Below the pieces are notes generated by a model. The model was not told the DNA's origin. It searched no databases and saw only the letters and a program-made list of their open reading frames with translations. The position numbers and the translations under genes are program-made. DNA of 64,000 nt, taken from the NCBI RefSeq assembly GCF_000497125.1, contig NC_090596.1:496001-560000 (forward strand), read 5' to 3'. How positions within the stretch are numbered: position 1 is the first letter of the stretch; each line of letters starts with the position of its first letter. Positions 59,602-64,000 of the stretch are shown piece by piece. This stretch comes from Spironucleus salmonicida. Taxonomy: Eukaryota.

Positions 59602-62600
59602 ATGCAGATTATTTTACAAAAAATACTATTCTCTCATGAAAAACAGATTGGACTACTATGTTTATATCCTACTGATAGTTATTAACTTGAAAATGATATT
59701 TATATTACTGATTCTTTGTAAAAAATACCAAATTTTTAAGGATTATTCGATGGATAAAGCTAAATATATCTGAAGCAGAAAGTTCATTGTTTAGTAAATT
59801 TTCAGGTGTGCTAAGTAATATGGCTCTTAGATTTGCTTCATTTGAAAGTGCTACTATGACAAATTTTTATGGGTTATCATATAATATGGAGGGAACTGTA
59901 AGTAAGGTGTCAATGTAATGTACCGTTTCAGTAGGAGGATCATCTCCATAATAAATATTCTTATTGGGAAATAAAGTCTATGCAAAAATCACAAATCTTT
60001 GTGCTACTATATCTCTTACAACGACTTTAACCAGATAACTACTAAATGTTTCATTCGTAAATACGTTTACTTTTTAATTAGAAAATTCCACATTTATATC
60101 TTCTTTTCAATCAGACAATCCAATAAATGGTTACTATACAGCATTTTGTTAATAAAATTTAGCGATGTTTTCGAATAACATTACTATTCGTACTAATTTT
60201 AAAAATATTTTATCAGACTAGCTGACAATATCTGTAATTTCAAATGCTTTTAAAACTTCAATTAAGCAATATCAAATATATATGAATATTACGTAGCAAG
60301 ATTCAGTAAATCCTTAATTAAAAAATATTTTCCTTATATCGAAGGACATACCTAATGGAATGATATTATAGTAGCTAGTATTAATAGCAATAATATATAT
60401 TAGTTCGTCATATTTAGACCAAGTAGCTTTTATACCAAGCATGTTGGGTGTAAAGATTATTTAATCATATATAAAACTAAAATTAAGTCTATAATTTGAT
60501 AATTTTAATTAATTTTCTTTTTTTCTGGTTCTGTTAATTAAATTACTATTCAAAATACGTCTTTCGTTGTAAATATAAGCAAATTTTAGATTGGTAATTA
60601 CTCAACAGTTGCTTAATAACTTTAATATTCTAATATTTTATCATGCTCATTTTATACAACACTGGATCTACAATATACCAGCACAGGTATTATTTTTATT
60701 ACAGGAGTAGCTTAATATTCTATAAGTTCAAATATTAAGTTTAGTATCATATATTTTAACGAAAAATAGAATACTTCACCATAAAAATATAGATGTAACC
60801 TGTAATATAAGATGCAAAAAATGGAATAATTTCTTTTCTTATTCATATTTCTTTTTGATTTAAGTGCCAACCAGTACATATTAGTATATATAATGCATTT
60901 ATAACCAATTCAGATTAAATGACCATTAATAATTGTATAATTTCTTTTAATTTATCATTGGCGATAGGTACATCCTCTGATTATGGTGTCTTAGCCTAAA
61001 ATTCTAGTTAAAACAAATTTGAAAACATAACCATATAAATGCTTGCGGAGCAGGAATATAGTAATTCCTCATGGTTTATTTTAGGATAAAATTTATCGCA
61101 TGACACATATAAAAATATAGTCTTTAATGGTGATGTAGAAGTTAAAGAGCATAATTATCATATGACTATTACAGTACTAGCGTACACAATGAAATATTGT
61201 ATTATAAAAAATATTCATTTAAGTTATGATATATTGATACCAACATTAGGATAACTTGTATCATATTAATTTTTAGTACTTAATGATGAAGAGAATAATT
61301 AAATTTCTAACTTTCTATATGTTGGTATGTATATAAATTCTACTACAATGGAAGCATTTTAGCCGAATGGGGTTCAGAGTGGATTAAGATAATCACCATA
61401 ATATAAGCTTATGTATGGGATTCAACTTAATAGATTCACGTATAATACTAATTCAGAAATTTCATTAACATTTTCAAACCTTAGAGAAAAAAAGTTTATG
61501 GAAGCGCTCCCATAGTATGATGCATCAGAATATTATTATACTAAAGGAATAAATAATGACTTTCCTAGATTTAAATATGTTTTTTAAAGTTCTCATTGTT
61601 AATATGAATCTTATATTGGATTTAATACTGATAATACTGAGTTAATATCAGGTAATATAACAAAAAATCATTTTTAACCTAAGAGCGGACAAAATCTATG
61701 CCAAATGGATTGTTAAGGCTCCTGGACATTCTGGGATAAAATACCTGTATGTAAGAGTGGATATAAAGGTCCCTTGTGTGAAATTTACTGTAATCCCAAC
61801 TCATGTTAAAATGGAGGAAAGTGTATCCCAGGTATGTGCTAATGTGCTAAAAGATATTCAGGAGAATTGTGTCAAATAAAACATTGTGAAGGATGTAGCA
61901 GTTAATGTGATTAAGTACTTGGGGACACTTATTAGTGTGGGAGGTCGTGTATTTAAGGTAGGACCTGTATTTAAGGTAATTGCATTAATGATATATGTGT
62001 ATGTAATGTAAATGTAACTTCTGAATCTGGAAATCAAGCAAAATGTAATAAAACAGACTCGTGTATTTTTGGTAAATGTGGATAGTTCGGAATCTGCCTT
62101 AACGAAACCTGTTTTTGCAAGCAAAATATATCTATTAATATAAAAGGTATCTGCCGAGAGATTACCCATCCAGAATTAGGTGAATGTAGGATAATTGATT
62201 CTGGTTATGAATGCATATAATGTTTAAATAATAAGTAAGTTCCTCTTTGTATGAACTGTATAGATGAGTATAAAGAATATAATAATATTTGTTATCCCGC
62301 ATGTAAAGATTGTAGAGACGATTGTATTAAAATTGCTTCTAACTAAAATCATTGTTTTAGTTGTTTATATAATTGTAAAGTTCCTGATTGTAAGGTATGT
62401 ATCACTGACCATAAGGAGGTTGATAAAGTTTGTTATGAAATAACAAACATTGATAAAGGTGACTGTTGGTTGAAGTCAACATATATTATTTGTTCAAGTT
62501 GCTTACATATCTATAATCTTCCAGAATGCATATCATGTAAATATAAGTTTATAGAATATAAGGAAATTTGCTATCCGAGTTGTCCTTCCATTAAATGTCA

Positions 62601-64000
62601 CGGAATAGGATGTTTTATGCTAACTAGTGCCACATACAAATGTGCATTATGTGATGATGGATTTTAAATGCCAGAATGTCGAGACTGTAAACCAGATTTC
62701 ACTTTAGTTGACTTTCTTTTCTATGAAATAGCGAATAAGGATAAAGGATTTTGTTGGATTAAAAATGGATTAATTTATTGTAAAGAGTTTTATAATAATT
62801 ATACAATGCCATTTTGCTCAATATGTAAAAAAGATTTTGTTGAAAAAGGTTCAGAATGTTTACTACCTTGTAATTCTGATGTTTGTTTTGGGTAAAATTG
62901 CTTAATACAATCAAATGGTGCCTATGTTTGTGATAGCTGTAACATTAGATTTCAAATGCCTGGATGCTCAGATTGTGCAAAGGATTACATTTTCATATAA
63001 AAATAATGTTTTTAATAAGTTAATAAAGAACGTGTATATGCTATCTTACTGACACGGAGGTAAAATGTATTTCATGCATAAATGGATTTCTCATCCCTAA
63101 TTGTAAAAGTTGTATATCTGGATATGAAGAGCTTAATTACCATTGTTTGAAAATTTGCATAGATTATAAAGGTACTGGTTGTCATATTATGGATGATGAC
63201 TCCAAAATTTGTGTTTCTTGTGATACTAATTATTAAATACCTAATTGTATTGATTGTGAATCCGATTTTGTATTTTTTGAAGAAACCTGTCACCACAAAA
63301 TACCAAATTCCAACGGAAATTGTTTTGATTAACATGGAATAAGTAAATGTCTGTCGTGCGATATTCATTTTGTACTTTCCTAGAATTAACAACAATGTAT
63401 TCCTGAATGCTCGAAAATTAATTGTATTTATGGTTAGTGTATAATTGATGAAGTATGTTAATGCTTTAAAAATATAATAGATTCTGATTGCAGTTCATGT
63501 ATTCCAGAATTTGACATAGTCGAAAATGTATGTTATAAGATATTTAGTACCCCGAATGGAACGTATTTTTATAAAGAGGATAATTCAACTTTTTGCACTA
63601 AATGCCAAGTTGGCTTCGAACTTGCTAGCAATAAATCAATGTGCTACAAAGAATGCACATAATCAAATTGTATTAATGGAAACTGGATTCTCGGCTAAGG
63701 CTGTATTTACTTTAATGGATATTAAACTTCTGATGGTTGTTAAGATTATGATTGTAGTTTCGATTTAATTAAACCATGTGATAATAAGGAATAATGTATA
63801 AATGGAACATGCTAATGTTTTTTCGATAATATTTTAATTTAAAATACGTGTTTTCGGTGTAATACTATAGTCAATGGAAAATGTAGTTAGACTGGAATTA
63901 TGTGTAAACATGGTTGGAAATACCTTAATTATGACTTTTTTTGAATGTAGAGATGACGTAAATGCATGCAAAACGACGTTATTTGATAATACATGCGAAG
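59602..64000 (+). pseudogene. AT-rich decayed paralog of the cysteine-rich protein, copy E (runs off the window)
   Basis: MQIILQKILFSHEK…LENDIYI is homologous to A/B/D. A deletion/frameshift at ~59765 gives TGA at 59857-59859; further shifts near 60520 and 63035. Homologous blocks such as [34 protein letters not shown] are still recognisable. Confidence 0.82.

Overview
This is eukaryotic DNA, almost certainly from a hexamitid diplomonad (Spironucleus/Hexamita-like). It uses the TAA/TAG=Gln code with TGA as the only stop, so the supplied standard-code ORF track breaks real genes into fragments. Re-read in that code, the window holds five paralogs (A-E) of a giant ~2,760-aa surface protein. Each has a non-Cys N-terminal region, a long CXXC/EGF-like Cys-rich stalk and, where complete, one TM anchor followed by an SLC35F/DMT-like multi-pass transporter domain. 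Copy D (47160-55454) is complete; A runs off the left edge; E is a decayed pseudogene. B (N-terminal half) and C (C-terminal half) face each other and share a 795-bp inverted repeat, so inverting 11931-16623 would rebuild one in-frame full-length gene. The paralogs are mosaics of near-identical GC-rich tracts and diverged AT-rich tracts. Between the clusters (18-46 kb) is a dense, apparently intronless block: RidA, an LPCAT-like acyltransferase, XPG/Rad2, class I glycerate kinase, ankyrin, ZC2HC1-like, Kelch, NAA15-like, PP2C and hypothetical genes. All family calls come from motif recognition by eye; no searches were run.
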